DNA of 64,000 nt from a virus. Its lineage: Duplodnaviria > Caudoviricetes. The stretch lies in the IMG/VR virus record IMGVR_UViG_3300020718_000009, positions 1 to 64,000 of that record. One strand, given 5' to 3'. Made by a program: the position numbers and the translations under genes. Of the stretch, positions 29,702-39,100 are shown piece after piece. Position 1 is the first letter of the stretch. Every line of letters starts with the position of its first letter. Under the pieces are notes generated by a model that saw nothing but the letters and a program-made list of their open reading frames with translations, did not search any database and was not told the DNA's origin.

Positions 29702-30679
29702 ATGGCATCATTATCAGAAATCAGAGCCCGCTTACAAGCGGCAGACAGTAAACAAACAGGCGGTCAATCACAAGGCGATTCAGCAATTTATCCACATTGG
29801 AATATTGCAGAAGGTACAGCCTCAACACTACGATTCCTTCCAGACGGTAACACAAAAAACACTTTCTTTTGGCAAGAACGTGCTATGATTCGTTTACCAT
29901 TTAATGGCATCAAAGGTGATTTAGAATCCAAACAAGTACAAGTTCGTGTACCATGCGTAGAAATGTGGAACGAAACTTGTCCAATACTTACGGAAGTACG
30001 CACATGGTTTAAAGACAAATCTTTAGAAGAAATGGGTCGTAAATATTGGAAAAAACGCGATTATATTTTCCAAGGTTTTGTTCGTGAGAATCCACTCTCA
30101 GATGACAAAGCTCCAGAAAATCCAATTCGTAGATTTATTATTGGCCCACAAATTTTCACACTTATTAAAGGTGCGTTAATGGATCCAGAGTTGGAAGAAT
30201 TGCCAACTGACTATTTGCGTGGTTTAGATTTCCGTATCTCCAAAGGTGCCAAAGGTGGCTTTGCAGACTACAGCGGAAGTAAATGGGCCCGTAAAGAATC
30301 AGCACTTACTGAAGCTGAACAAGCCGCAATTGAGCAATATGGTTTAGCAGATTTAAGTACATTCTTACCCAAGAAGCCCGGCGAAGTTGAACTTAAAGTT
30401 ATCAAAGAAATGTTTGAAGCTTCGGTTGATGGTCAAAGTTATGACACAGAACGTTGGGGACAATATTTCCGTCCAGCAGGGGTCAATGCTCCAGCAAGTG
30501 GCTCAGCTCCAGCAAGTACTGTAGATGAAGATGCTCCCGTGGCTAAGATAACACTACCTACGGTAAGCGATTTTGATGATGAAGATGCTCCTGTGGCTAC
30601 TACCGCAGTTCAAGCTAAGCCAACATCGGACAAAGCCCAAGATATTTTGGCCATGATCCGTGCTCGTCAAAAAGCCTAA
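29702..30679 (+). CDS. gp32: Single-stranded DNA binding protein
   Basis: LRFLPDG, CPIL, DF.I.K...GG.ADY..S.W, acidic tail; upstream of UvsX. Confidence 0.85.
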   Translation: MASLSEIRARLQAADSKQTGGQSQGDSAIYPHWNIAEGTASTLRFLPDGNTKNTFFWQERAMIRLPFNGIKGDLESKQVQVRVPCVEMWNETCPILTEVRTWFKDKSLEEMGRKYWKKRDYIFQGFVRENPLSDDKAPENPIRRFIIGPQIFTLIKGALMDPELEELPTDYLRGLDFRISKGAKGGFADYSGSKWARKESALTEAEQAAIEQYGLADLSTFLPKKPGEVELKVIKEMFEASVDGQSYDTERWGQYFRPAGVNAPASGSAPASTVDEDAPVAKITLPTVSDFDDEDAPVATTAVQAKPTSDKAQDILAMIRARQKA

Positions 30680-30691
30680 GCATTTAACCAA

Positions 30692-30725
30692 ATAATAACA
30701 CAAGAGTTGCCTCTTGTGTTATTAT
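30692..30725 (+). terminator. Stem-loop after gene 32
   Basis: ATAATAACACAAGAG-TTGC-CTCTTGTGTTATTAT. Confidence 0.65.
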
Positions 30726-30751
30726 ATCTACTATAACTTAAAGGATTAAAA

Positions 30752-31810
30752 ATGGCAAAGCCATATGACTTCAGTAAATTCCGCAAGGATATTACTAAAT
30801 CAATTGACGGCATGTCAATTGGATTTAATGATCCAACTGATTGGATCTCAACAGGCAACTTTGCCTTAAATTATCTTATTTCAGGAGACTTTAACAAAGG
30901 TATTCCGCTAGGTAAGGTTACAGTATTTGCTGGCGAATCAGGTGCTGGTAAATCTTATATTTGTTCAGGCAACATTGTCAAAAACGCACAGGACCAAGGT
31001 ATTTTTGTTGTGCTAATTGACACAGAAAATGCTCTTGATGAATTATGGTTACATAATCTTGGTGTTGATACAAGCGAAAGCAAACTGCTTAAACTTAATA
31101 TGGCAATGATTGATGACGTGGCAAAGACTATTTCAACATTTATGCAAGATTACAAAACACTACCAGATGGTGAACGTCCAAAGGTATTGTTTGTAGTTGA
31201 TAGTTTAGGCATGTTGTTAACTCCAACGGATGTAAATCAGTTTGAGGCTGGTGACATGAAAGGCGATATGGGTCGTAAACCCAAAGCACTTACAGCACTA
31301 GTTCGTAACTCAGTTAACTTTTTTGGTAGTTATAACGTTGGAATGGTATGTACAAATCACACATACGCAAGTCAAGACATGTTTGACCCAGATGACAAAA
31401 TTTCTGGCGGACAAGGTTTTATCTACGCATCAAGTATTGTTGTTGCTATGAAAAAAATGAAACTCAAAGAAGATGAAGATGGTAACAAGATTACTGATGT
31501 TATGGGTATCCGTGCTGGTTGTAAAGTAATGAAAACTCGTTATGCCAAACCGTTTGAAGGTATGCAAATTAAGATTCCTTACGAAACAGGTATGAATCCT
31601 TACTCCGGTATGGTAGACTTAGCTGAAAAACGTGGCTTACTTAAAAAGGAAGGTAACAGTTTAGTATTTGTCACAGCAGATGGTGAAGTTATTAAACAAT
31701 TCCGTAAAAAGTGGGAAGCCAACGAAGATGGATGCCTTGATAAAATTATGGTAGACTTTGGAAATCAGCGTGAACCGGTAAGTACTGATGACACACCAAC
31801 GGAGGAATAA
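30752..31810 (+). CDS. uvsX: RecA-like recombinase
   Basis: GESGAGKS, IDTENA, VVDSLG, NHTY, SGG.G..YASS. Confidence 0.95.
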   Translation: MAKPYDFSKFRKDITKSIDGMSIGFNDPTDWISTGNFALNYLISGDFNKGIPLGKVTVFAGESGAGKSYICSGNIVKNAQDQGIFVVLIDTENALDELWLHNLGVDTSESKLLKLNMAMIDDVAKTISTFMQDYKTLPDGERPKVLFVVDSLGMLLTPTDVNQFEAGDMKGDMGRKPKALTALVRNSVNFFGSYNVGMVCTNHTYASQDMFDPDDKISGGQGFIYASSIVVAMKKMKLKEDEDGNKITDVMGIRAGCKVMKTRYAKPFEGMQIKIPYETGMNPYSGMVDLAEKRGLLKKEGNSLVFVTADGEVIKQFRKKWEANEDGCLDKIMVDFGNQREPVSTDDTPTEE

Positions 31811-31812
31811 GA

Positions 31813-32067
31813 ATGTCAGTTGATTTAACAAAAGAAATTTGGAACGAACTCAAACGGTACGTTAATTCAGTAGACCGAGTAGACGCGGCAACCGCATTTG
31901 TTGAAGTACTAATCGATAATGATGTTGATGCTGATGATATTAAATCTACTTTTAAATCTGACTCAGAAGTCAACCGTGCTCTAGCCAGCTATCTTAAAGA
32001 TCACGAAGATGACGATGAATTTGAAGACGAAGAAGATTTTGAAATTGATGAGGACGAAGATTATTAA
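31813..32067 (+). CDS. Small protein with acidic C-terminus
   Basis: GGAGG SD; D/E tail. Confidence 0.7.
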   Translation: MSVDLTKEIWNELKRYVNSVDRVDAATAFVEVLIDNDVDADDIKSTFKSDSEVNRALASYLKDHEDDDEFEDEEDFEIDEDEDY

Positions 32068-32519
32068 TGTGGTATAGCCGCGTAACTTCGGATTTGAGTG
32101 CTATTCCAGATTTTATTGCGCACTATGAAAAAGAGTTGGAAGATTCCAAGCGTGACTGTAGAATAGGTGGGCTTGTAGAAAAGAACATTACTGCTTTACC
32201 GGGCATCACTGAGCATAGGTTTAATCAACTTCAAGAAATAGAAGCAGTATTAAATTATCTTAATATTCAAATCCGCAAAATTCGTCGTAAACATTTTCAA
32301 AAGTATTTAGAAGGGTATGCTCGTGCGTTAACCAGTCGAGATGCTGAAAAATATGTTGATGGCGAAGATGAAGTTATTGACTTTGAAACATTGATAAATG
32401 AAGTAGCATTGCTACGAAATCGTTATTTGGGAATCATGAAAGCCATGGAATCTAAGAACTTTATGCTTGGACATATTGTCAGATTACGGGCGGCCGGAAT
32501 GGAAGATATTCAAGTATAA
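32067..32519 (+). CDS. uvsY: Recombination mediator UvsY-like
   Basis: Helical 150 aa, KY.DGE motif, downstream of uvsX. Confidence 0.7.
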   Translation: MWYSRVTSDLSAIPDFIAHYEKELEDSKRDCRIGGLVEKNITALPGITEHRFNQLQEIEAVLNYLNIQIRKIRRKHFQKYLEGYARALTSRDAEKYVDGEDEVIDFETLINEVALLRNRYLGIMKAMESKNFMLGHIVRLRAAGMEDIQV

Positions 32520-32551
32520 CCGTTGTAAAAATACAACAATATATCTTTTGG

Positions 32552-32580
32552 TTGACTGAATATTTCAATTTTGCTATACT
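32552..32580 (+). promoter_or_regulatory. Sigma70-type early promoter
   Basis: TTGACT-17-TATACT. Confidence 0.8.
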
Positions 32581-32614
32581 AGTTTTATAGTAAAAATTAA
32601 CGAAAGGAAGCAAA

Positions 32615-32779
32615 ATGACCGTTTATAATGTAACTTATACAGCCTACGAAAAAGGTTCTAACAATGTAGTAAGCGAAGGTACTATGCCTATTAATACCGA
32701 GTCAGCTTATGTAGCTGAGCAAACAGTTAAGGCAATGTTTAGCAGTACCGATATTATTATTCGTTATACTAGGGGTTAA
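32615..32779 (+). CDS. 54-aa hypothetical protein missing from the ORF track (MTVYNVTYTAYEKG...)
   Basis: Own promoter, AAGGA SD, ATG 32615, TAA 32777-32779. Confidence 0.65.
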   Translation: MTVYNVTYTAYEKGSNNVVSEGTMPINTESAYVAEQTVKAMFSSTDIIIRYTRG

Positions 32780-32951
32780 TAGGAAACAGCATAACAACCC
32801 CACTTGAACAACATGAATTTGATAAAGAAAAAGTTGAGCGACGTCGGTACGAAAAAGCCGAATTTGATCATGTCAAAAGAACTGAAAAAGTGCGCCGGGT
32901 TGCCGCAAATTTTCGGGATCAGATTAAAGGAATTTTTAGACGTAAAAATAG

Positions 32952-32980
32952 TTGACTTGTAATTCAATTAACGCTATAAT
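32952..32980 (+). promoter_or_regulatory. Sigma70-type early promoter
   Basis: TTGACT-17-TATAAT. Confidence 0.85.
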
Positions 32981-33013
32981 AGTTACTTAAAATATAAAAG
33001 TAGGAGCTAAAGT

Positions 33014-34033
33014 ATGTCAACAGTATTAATTAAAAATGGTGTGTATCGCAACAAAACAGTTCAAAATATTGCATTTACACTTGCTAAAGGTTATCAGACA
33101 GGCGTTAAAGGAGGCTACGTGACTGTAGAATCAGAAGGATATTTCGGAGAAGAATTCGATAAAGTTCGTATTAAAGTAAATTCAATAGAAGATATTGAGT
33201 TTACAAATGAATCAGTTCCAGTAGCAGAATTTGTTGCTCCTATTGTAACCCCTATAGAAACAGACGACGAAGTTATGGATCGCATTGAACAGCGATTTGA
33301 AATTTTACAGCAAATGACTCGTGCTACTATTTCAGGTGACGTTCGTGCGATGATTGTAGTTGGTCCTCCGGGTGTAGGTAAAAGTTACGGTGTAGAATTT
33401 GAACTTGAGAAATCAGGTTTGTTTGATAAGATTTCAGGTAAAAAAATTAAGTACGAAGTGGTTAAAGGGGCAATGACTCCGATTGGATTGTACTGTACCC
33501 TTTATCGTCATAGTGACGCTAACAACGTTTTAGTGTTTGACGATTGTGATTCGGTATTCCAAGACGAGTTATCCTTAAATATTCTTAAAGCCGCCCTTGA
33601 CTCTGGCAAGAAACGTAAGATTTTTTGGAATTCAGATTCAGCTATGCTACGCCGCGAGGGAGTTCCTGACCAGTTTGATTTTAAGGGCGGAGCAATTTTT
33701 ATTACCAACCTTAAATTTGAAAACATTCAAAGTAAAAAAATGAAGGATCACTTGGAAGCATTGCAATCACGTTGTCACTTTTTGGATTTGACCTTGGATA
33801 CGATGCGTGATAAGTTTTTGCGTATTAAACAAATTTTCCGCCAAGGACAACTGTTTAGAGATTACGACTTTAGTCCAGAAACAGGTGAAAACATTCTAGC
33901 ATTTATGGATGCTAATCAAACTAAACTACGCGAAATGTCGTTACGTATGGCATTAAAGTTAGCTGATTTAACTAAAGTATCAGAAGAAAATTGGAAGTCT
34001 TTAGCCTCGGCAACTTGTATGAAGAATGTTTAA
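33014..34033 (+). CDS. AAA-family ATPase
   Basis: GPPGVGKS, LVFDDCD, FITN, ALQSRC. Confidence 0.85.
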   Translation: MSTVLIKNGVYRNKTVQNIAFTLAKGYQTGVKGGYVTVESEGYFGEEFDKVRIKVNSIEDIEFTNESVPVAEFVAPIVTPIETDDEVMDRIEQRFEILQQMTRATISGDVRAMIVVGPPGVGKSYGVEFELEKSGLFDKISGKKIKYEVVKGAMTPIGLYCTLYRHSDANNVLVFDDCDSVFQDELSLNILKAALDSGKKRKIFWNSDSAMLRREGVPDQFDFKGGAIFITNLKFENIQSKKMKDHLEALQSRCHFLDLTLDTMRDKFLRIKQIFRQGQLFRDYDFSPETGENILAFMDANQTKLREMSLRMALKLADLTKVSEENWKSLASATCMKNV

Positions 34034-34253
34034 TAAATTAAAACAACAAGCCGGCATTCAGGACAATCCAGACCAAGAAGGATTAGACTTGTTTGCCGAG
34101 TTAATTGTGCGGGAATGTGTTAGTGTTACTGATGATTTAGTAAATCGTAATGTAGATGGCAGTTGGACCAGCAATGAACTATACACAGATTACAATGGTG
34201 CTTTACATGAAGTTAAACGAAGAATTCAAGACCATTTTGGAGTTGCGGAATAA
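34026..34253 (+). CDS. Small hypothetical protein, FAELIVxEC family
   Basis: LDLFAELIVREC; paralog of 34955..35218. Confidence 0.65.
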   Translation: MFNKLKQQAGIQDNPDQEGLDLFAELIVRECVSVTDDLVNRNVDGSWTSNELYTDYNGALHEVKRRIQDHFGVAE

Positions 34254-34295
34254 AGATGTACCAACAGAAATTGAGGACATTAGAGGAAAAACATT

Positions 34296-34484
34296 ATGAA
34301 TACAATTTATCCAACAACCACGATTGAATCACAAGGCCTTCAATACGCTTCAGTAATTGATATGGGTGATAAGGTGAGAATACAACTGTATCCTAACCAA
34401 GTGAATAAAACAATGTTTATTAATATTGATAAACGAGTGGTATCTGAATTGATTAGAGCTTTAGAGAAAGTGGAGCAATGGTAA
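34296..34484 (+). CDS. Small hypothetical protein
   Basis: VRIQL...IDKR..LIR.LE shared with 34780..34953. Confidence 0.65.
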   Translation: MNTIYPTTTIESQGLQYASVIDMGDKVRIQLYPNQVNKTMFINIDKRVVSELIRALEKVEQW

Positions 34485-34783
34485 TGAACGCAAATGAACT
34501 AGCTGATGAATTGGATATTCATGTGTCAATGGGGCAGAGTAAGTTTTTTAAAGAGTGTGCCGAAATGCTACGCCAGCTACAAAAGGAACGAGACCGGCTG
34601 TTCTCGGCACACTCACACGAAATGGTTCGAGCAGATGAATTGGCAGTTGAGAATGAATTATTAAAAGCTAAATTAGCACAAGCAGATCGGGTATATGATT
34701 TTGATAATCCGTTATTAGATGTATGTAAACATGGAAATGATAGTGCTTGTAAAGAATGCTACCTGGAGGCAGTAAAGAAATGA
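34478..34783 (+). CDS. Small coiled-coil hypothetical protein with C-terminal CKHG...CKEC
   Basis: ORF coupled to neighbours. Confidence 0.6.
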   Translation: MVMNANELADELDIHVSMGQSKFFKECAEMLRQLQKERDRLFSAHSHEMVRADELAVENELLKAKLAQADRVYDFDNPLLDVCKHGNDSACKECYLEAVKK

Positions 34784-34953
34784 TCACGATCAATGGCCCA
34801 ACAGGTCTGCCGTATCTATCAGTATCAGACAATAAAGACGCCGTTCGAATCCAATTACACGCCTACGATGATATTGGTCCATATTACCTGACCATAGACA
34901 AGCGAGCACTACCTGATCTAATAAGAACACTGGAACAATACGAAGGATATTGA
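34780..34953 (+). CDS. Small hypothetical protein
   Basis: Paralog of 34296..34484; ATGA overlap with upstream gene. Confidence 0.6.
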   Translation: MITINGPTGLPYLSVSDNKDAVRIQLHAYDDIGPYYLTIDKRALPDLIRTLEQYEGY

Positions 34954-34954
34954 T

Positions 34955-35218
34955 ATGAACAAGCGGATTCGACAACTTGCCCTTGATGCTGGTATAGGAT
35001 TTACCTTATGGGACGATAGTGGCAGAGAAATGATTGACAACTATACTCCTGAAGAAGACTTGGAAAAGTTTGCCGAGCTAATTGTTAAAGAATGTGCTGA
35101 ACTAGCATATAGCTATAACATTTATGGTAAAGGGCGAGCCTGGAATTTAATTATTAAGGAACATTTTGATTTACCCATTACAGATACAGATTTACCACCA
35201 TATTTAAGAAATTTGTAG
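34955..35218 (+). CDS. Small hypothetical protein, FAELIVxEC family
   Basis: MNKRIRQLA...LEKFAELIVKEC. Confidence 0.65.
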   Translation: MNKRIRQLALDAGIGFTLWDDSGREMIDNYTPEEDLEKFAELIVKECAELAYSYNIYGKGRAWNLIIKEHFDLPITDTDLPPYLRNL

Positions 35219-35280
35219 TATTCAACTGATGTTGGATATACACAAAGTAGCTCCTGAACTGTATAAACAGTTCATTTTAT

Positions 35281-35312
35281 ACAGATACCTATAAAACGGT
35301 ATCTGTTTTTTT
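35281..35312 (+). terminator. Rho-independent terminator, followed by uvsW promoter TTGACT-18-TACAAT (35311-35340)
   Basis: ACAGATACC-loop-GGTATCTGT then T run. Confidence 0.75.
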
Positions 35313-35347
35313 GACTTATCTTAATTAAATATGCTACAATAGCAATA

Positions 35348-36379
35348 ATGCGAACAGCTACAATTATAATACGCGACGAGGTTAATATCAAAATTGAAGG
35401 TCTTGAGCTTGACGCACGACGAAAATTAGTTAATACCTTTAAATATGATGTACCCGGGGCTCGTTATTTACCGGCGGTTAGACTTGGTCGATGGGATGGT
35501 AAGGTATCTTATTTTCAACTGGGCGGAAGTACCTTTACAAATTTACTGCCAGAAATTATTCCTATATTAGAAAGTTTTAACTATGATATCATACTTGATG
35601 ATCAGCGTGATTATTCTACTAATTTTGTTTTTGAGCGAGTAAACGAAGATACATTTATTCATATTAATTGGGGGGCCGGCCACCCGATGGAAGGCCAGCC
35701 AATTAAATTGCGAGATTATCAAGTTGAAATCATTAATAATTTTTTAGAAAATCCTCAATCAATTCAGGAAATTGCCACCGGAGCAGGCAAAACTATTATG
35801 ACTGCGGCACTAAGTCAACGATGTGAACAACATGGTAGGACTATTGTAATTGTTCCCAACAAGTCATTAGTAACACAAACAGAAAAAGATTATCGCGGAT
35901 TGGGGTTAGATGTCGGCGTTTTCTTTGGTGATCGTAAAGAATTTGGAAAAACGCACACAATTTGTACTTGGCAAAGTTTAAATATTTTGCTTAAAAATAC
36001 AAAAAATTCTACAGCAGAAATTACAATTCAAGATTTTCTTGAAGATGTAGTATGCGTAATGGTTGACGAGTGTTTTACTGCTGATAGTAAAGTTTTAACA
36101 CCTTCGGGATATGTAGCAATCAAAGATATTAAAGCGGGCGATACAGTTATTAATTATTCAGAAGATACAAAAGAATTTAAGACCGACATCGTAGTTAAAC
36201 AGCATATAAATTTAACCAATTCCTCTAGTGAAAAAATGTACAATTTGGAGTTCGATAATGGAAGTAAAATACAAGTTACTGGAAACCATAAATTTTTAAC
36301 TAACGATGGATGGATACGGGCAGATAGATTGACAAAAAATCACGAAATAGTTTATACTAGTATAAATACAGTTAACTAA
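35348..36379 (+). CDS. uvsW: UvsW SF2 helicase N-extein fused to split-intein N-fragment (IntN, 36071-36376)
   Basis: LRDYQ, ATGAGKT, then VDE|CFTADSKVLT (intein block A) and VTGNHKFLT (block B), then stop. Confidence 0.92.
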   Translation: MRTATIIIRDEVNIKIEGLELDARRKLVNTFKYDVPGARYLPAVRLGRWDGKVSYFQLGGSTFTNLLPEIIPILESFNYDIILDDQRDYSTNFVFERVNEDTFIHINWGAGHPMEGQPIKLRDYQVEIINNFLENPQSIQEIATGAGKTIMTAALSQRCEQHGRTIVIVPNKSLVTQTEKDYRGLGLDVGVFFGDRKEFGKTHTICTWQSLNILLKNTKNSTAEITIQDFLEDVVCVMVDECFTADSKVLTPSGYVAIKDIKAGDTVINYSEDTKEFKTDIVVKQHINLTNSSSEKMYNLEFDNGSKIQVTGNHKFLTNDGWIRADRLTKNHEIVYTSINTVN

Positions 36380-36392
36380 AGCGAAAGTATTT

Positions 36393-37295
36393 ATGAAACA
36401 GTCAGCCCAACAAATGATAGATCGATTTAACGCTAAGATGATAGATCATAATCAACTTACCAGAGTTATTGCGTATTCGGGTAACAGTATAACGTTATCG
36501 ACGGGAGTAACTTTGATTGATAATGATAAAGATAGGTTTTGCAGAAGATTATTAAGCACTAAAACTATATTATGGGTTAGTAACATTGATAACTTACTAA
36601 ACGGGTCAATCACTACTAACGAGATTAAGGCTAAGTTATCCTCTATTGGTGGCAACGCAGTTCAGGAAAAATATGGAGATATAATTAAACAAAACCTTAA
36701 TACTGGTACTCCGTGGAATGCTGGCACCAAAGGACAAAATATAGGCACACTCAGTCCTAGACCGCAATCAGTCAAAGATAAAATTAGTAAAAAAAATTCT
36801 GGTTCTAGCAACGGTATGTACGGTATTAAAATGTCAGTTGCTGATAAACAAGTAAGATCTGATATTATGAAAAAGAAAATATTAAACGGGGAATTTACCC
36901 CGAATAGTAATAATAGAAATACCCACTGGAATTCGACATTCGACGATAAGCCTTACCGATCAAGTTGGGAAGCGTTATACCAATTTATTAATCAATCTGC
37001 CGAATATGAAACATTGCGAATCGAATATAATTTACAAGGTATCACAAAAGTCTATATAGTTGACTTTGTGGATCATCAAAACAAAATAGTAGCCGAAGTT
37101 AAACCGCGTGAATTATGTGTGGGCGAAAAATTTAACTCAAAAATTATGGCATTGCACGAGTGGGCAAAAATAGCAGGATATACTGTGACTATAGCTGATC
37201 AAGATTGGCTACGATTGCAAAATATAGATATTGATTACTCACGTTTTGATGACAATACAGCAAGAAAAATTAAAGCATTATATGAAACTAATTAA
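36393..37295 (+). mobile_element. Free-standing homing endonuclease (NUMOD3-like repeats plus PD-(D/E)xK/TnsA-like domain) between the uvsW halves
   Basis: PWNAG, KISKKNSG..N.MYG, YRSSWE, YIVDF....AEVKP; TATAAATA at 36361. Confidence 0.8.
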
Positions 37296-38124
37296 AAAAA
37301 CTGAAATAACTAAACCGGCAGAAGTATATAATTTACATATAGAAAACAATCACAACTATGTAGTAGACGGGGCAGTAGTATCAAATTGTCATATGGCAAA
37401 AGCCGATGCCCTAAAAAATTTAATGACAACAGTAATGAGTCGTGTTCCAATTCGATGGGGGCTAACAGGGACAATACCTAAAGAAGCATTTGAATTCCAA
37501 GCACTTAAAATAAGTTTAGGGCCAGTTATTAACCAACTTGCTGCTAGTGAGCTACAAGAACGGGGAGTATTAGCGCAATGCCATGTTAATATTGTTCAGT
37601 TAATAGACCACGCAGAATTTACAAATTATCAATCAGAATTAAAATTTTTATTAGAAGACTCAGATAGACTTGAGACTATATCCAAACTAGTGGCACAAGT
37701 TAATGCCACTGGCAATACTCTTGTACTAGTAGACCGTGTAGCTGCCGGACATGCTCTAGTGTCATTGTTAGGAGACCATGCTGTATTTGTAAGCGGGGCA
37801 ACAAAAGGAACAAAACGAGATGAAGAATATGATGAAATTGCGACAAGTACTGGAAAAATTATTGTGGCTACCTATGGTGTTGCTGCTGTTGGTATTAATT
37901 TACCCCGTATCTTTAATCTTGTTCTTATTGAACCTGGTAAATCTTTTGTGCGAGTTATACAGTCGATTGGTCGCGGTATACGCAAAGCAGAAGACAAAGA
38001 CCATGTAGAAATCTGGGACGTAACCTCTACTTGTAAGTTTGCACGACGACATTTAACCAAACGCAAACAGTTTTACAAGGAAGCTAACTATCCATTTACT
38101 CAAGAAAAATTGGAGTGGAAATAA
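37282..38124 (+). CDS. uvsW: Split-intein C-fragment (35 aa) fused to UvsW C-extein
   Basis: MKLIKK...VYNLHIENNHNYVVDGAVVSN|CHMAKA; helicase motifs GLTGT, GINLP, QSIGRGIR. Confidence 0.92.
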   Translation: MKLIKKTEITKPAEVYNLHIENNHNYVVDGAVVSNCHMAKADALKNLMTTVMSRVPIRWGLTGTIPKEAFEFQALKISLGPVINQLAASELQERGVLAQCHVNIVQLIDHAEFTNYQSELKFLLEDSDRLETISKLVAQVNATGNTLVLVDRVAAGHALVSLLGDHAVFVSGATKGTKRDEEYDEIATSTGKIIVATYGVAAVGINLPRIFNLVLIEPGKSFVRVIQSIGRGIRKAEDKDHVEIWDVTSTCKFARRHLTKRKQFYKEANYPFTQEKLEWK

Positions 38125-38162
38125 AGGTTGCGTTGCATAAAATAATTTGTTATAATAAGACT

Positions 38163-38663
38163 ATGAAAATATTAACCTTGGAAAACGAAGCATATGATTT
38201 AGATCATCTACCTGACGAAATAGATGATATGAGATTTGCTATTCTGGATAATTCTAATCCGCAAGATCCTGATTATCATTATATTCCATTAATATTTTTG
38301 GAAAGTTTTAATGCTCCGGCATTGGTATTGCGTATAGGAGAGCACCGTGTACGCATGCCTGTAGATTGGCAATTATTAATAGGCGAACCAGACTTTGGAG
38401 ATTTAGAAGTTATTCCGCTATCAGCATTAAATGATCGAGGATTTAAAGCATTTCAATTTAATCCATTAACTAGTTTTAGACCAAGTTTTTTAGATGTAGA
38501 AATTTTAGACGTGTATCAGGATGTGTCATGGTATGCTCCTAAACTTAAAAATGGACAAATGTTATGTGTGCCAATCAATGAGGACAAAGAACCTTTATGT
38601 GTTTATTTTGTCAAAGATATTAGTCGTAACTGCGAGGTGGTTGACTACAATCGGGCGTTTTAA
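38163..38663 (+). CDS. Hypothetical beta-rich protein
   Basis: TTGCGT-17-TATAAT promoter at 38128-38156, ATG 6 nt later. Confidence 0.7.
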   Translation: MKILTLENEAYDLDHLPDEIDDMRFAILDNSNPQDPDYHYIPLIFLESFNAPALVLRIGEHRVRMPVDWQLLIGEPDFGDLEVIPLSALNDRGFKAFQFNPLTSFRPSFLDVEILDVYQDVSWYAPKLKNGQMLCVPINEDKEPLCVYFVKDISRNCEVVDYNRAF

Positions 38664-39100
38664 TGGATAAGTTACATATTGCAAATGAAATGTCATGTTT
38701 TGATCGCAAAGATCGAAATTTTTATAATTCCTTAACAGACGAAGAGCGTAAAAAATTTAGTAATTATCTCATGATTCGTTGGGGAAGTGCGGTGACCGGT
38801 AGTAAGGATTTACAAGAATTTTACTTGATTAGTTGTAATGAAAGACTAAACAAACATTTTTTTAACATAAACAAACATCCACAATTACAATGGCTATGTG
38901 CTACTTCAGTTAGCCCAGGATTAGGCGCCCAGAGACATCAGTGGATTGCTCCCAAGAAAAAAGCATCTGGTGGCAGTATTAAAAAACAGTTAGCAGAACT
39001 ATTCCCTCATTTGAAAGATGATGAATTAGAAGTTATGGCTCAAATCAATACTAAAAAGGATATAGATGCTTATTTGCATAAGCTAGGCGTAGAAAAATGA
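38663..39100 (+). CDS. Possible clamp-loader small subunit (gp62-like)
   Basis: YLMIRW.S, N.....HP.LQW, ..WI..KK pattern. Confidence 0.45.
   Translation: MDKLHIANEMSCFDRKDRNFYNSLTDEERKKFSNYLMIRWGSAVTGSKDLQEFYLISCNERLNKHFFNINKHPQLQWLCATSVSPGLGAQRHQWIAPKKKASGGSIKKQLAELFPHLKDDELEVMAQINTKKDIDAYLHKLGVEK

Noticed and set aside
36380-37281. Group I intron interrupting uvsW
   Set aside because: Non-coding flanks are only a few nucleotides, leaving no ribozyme core; intein motifs explain the split
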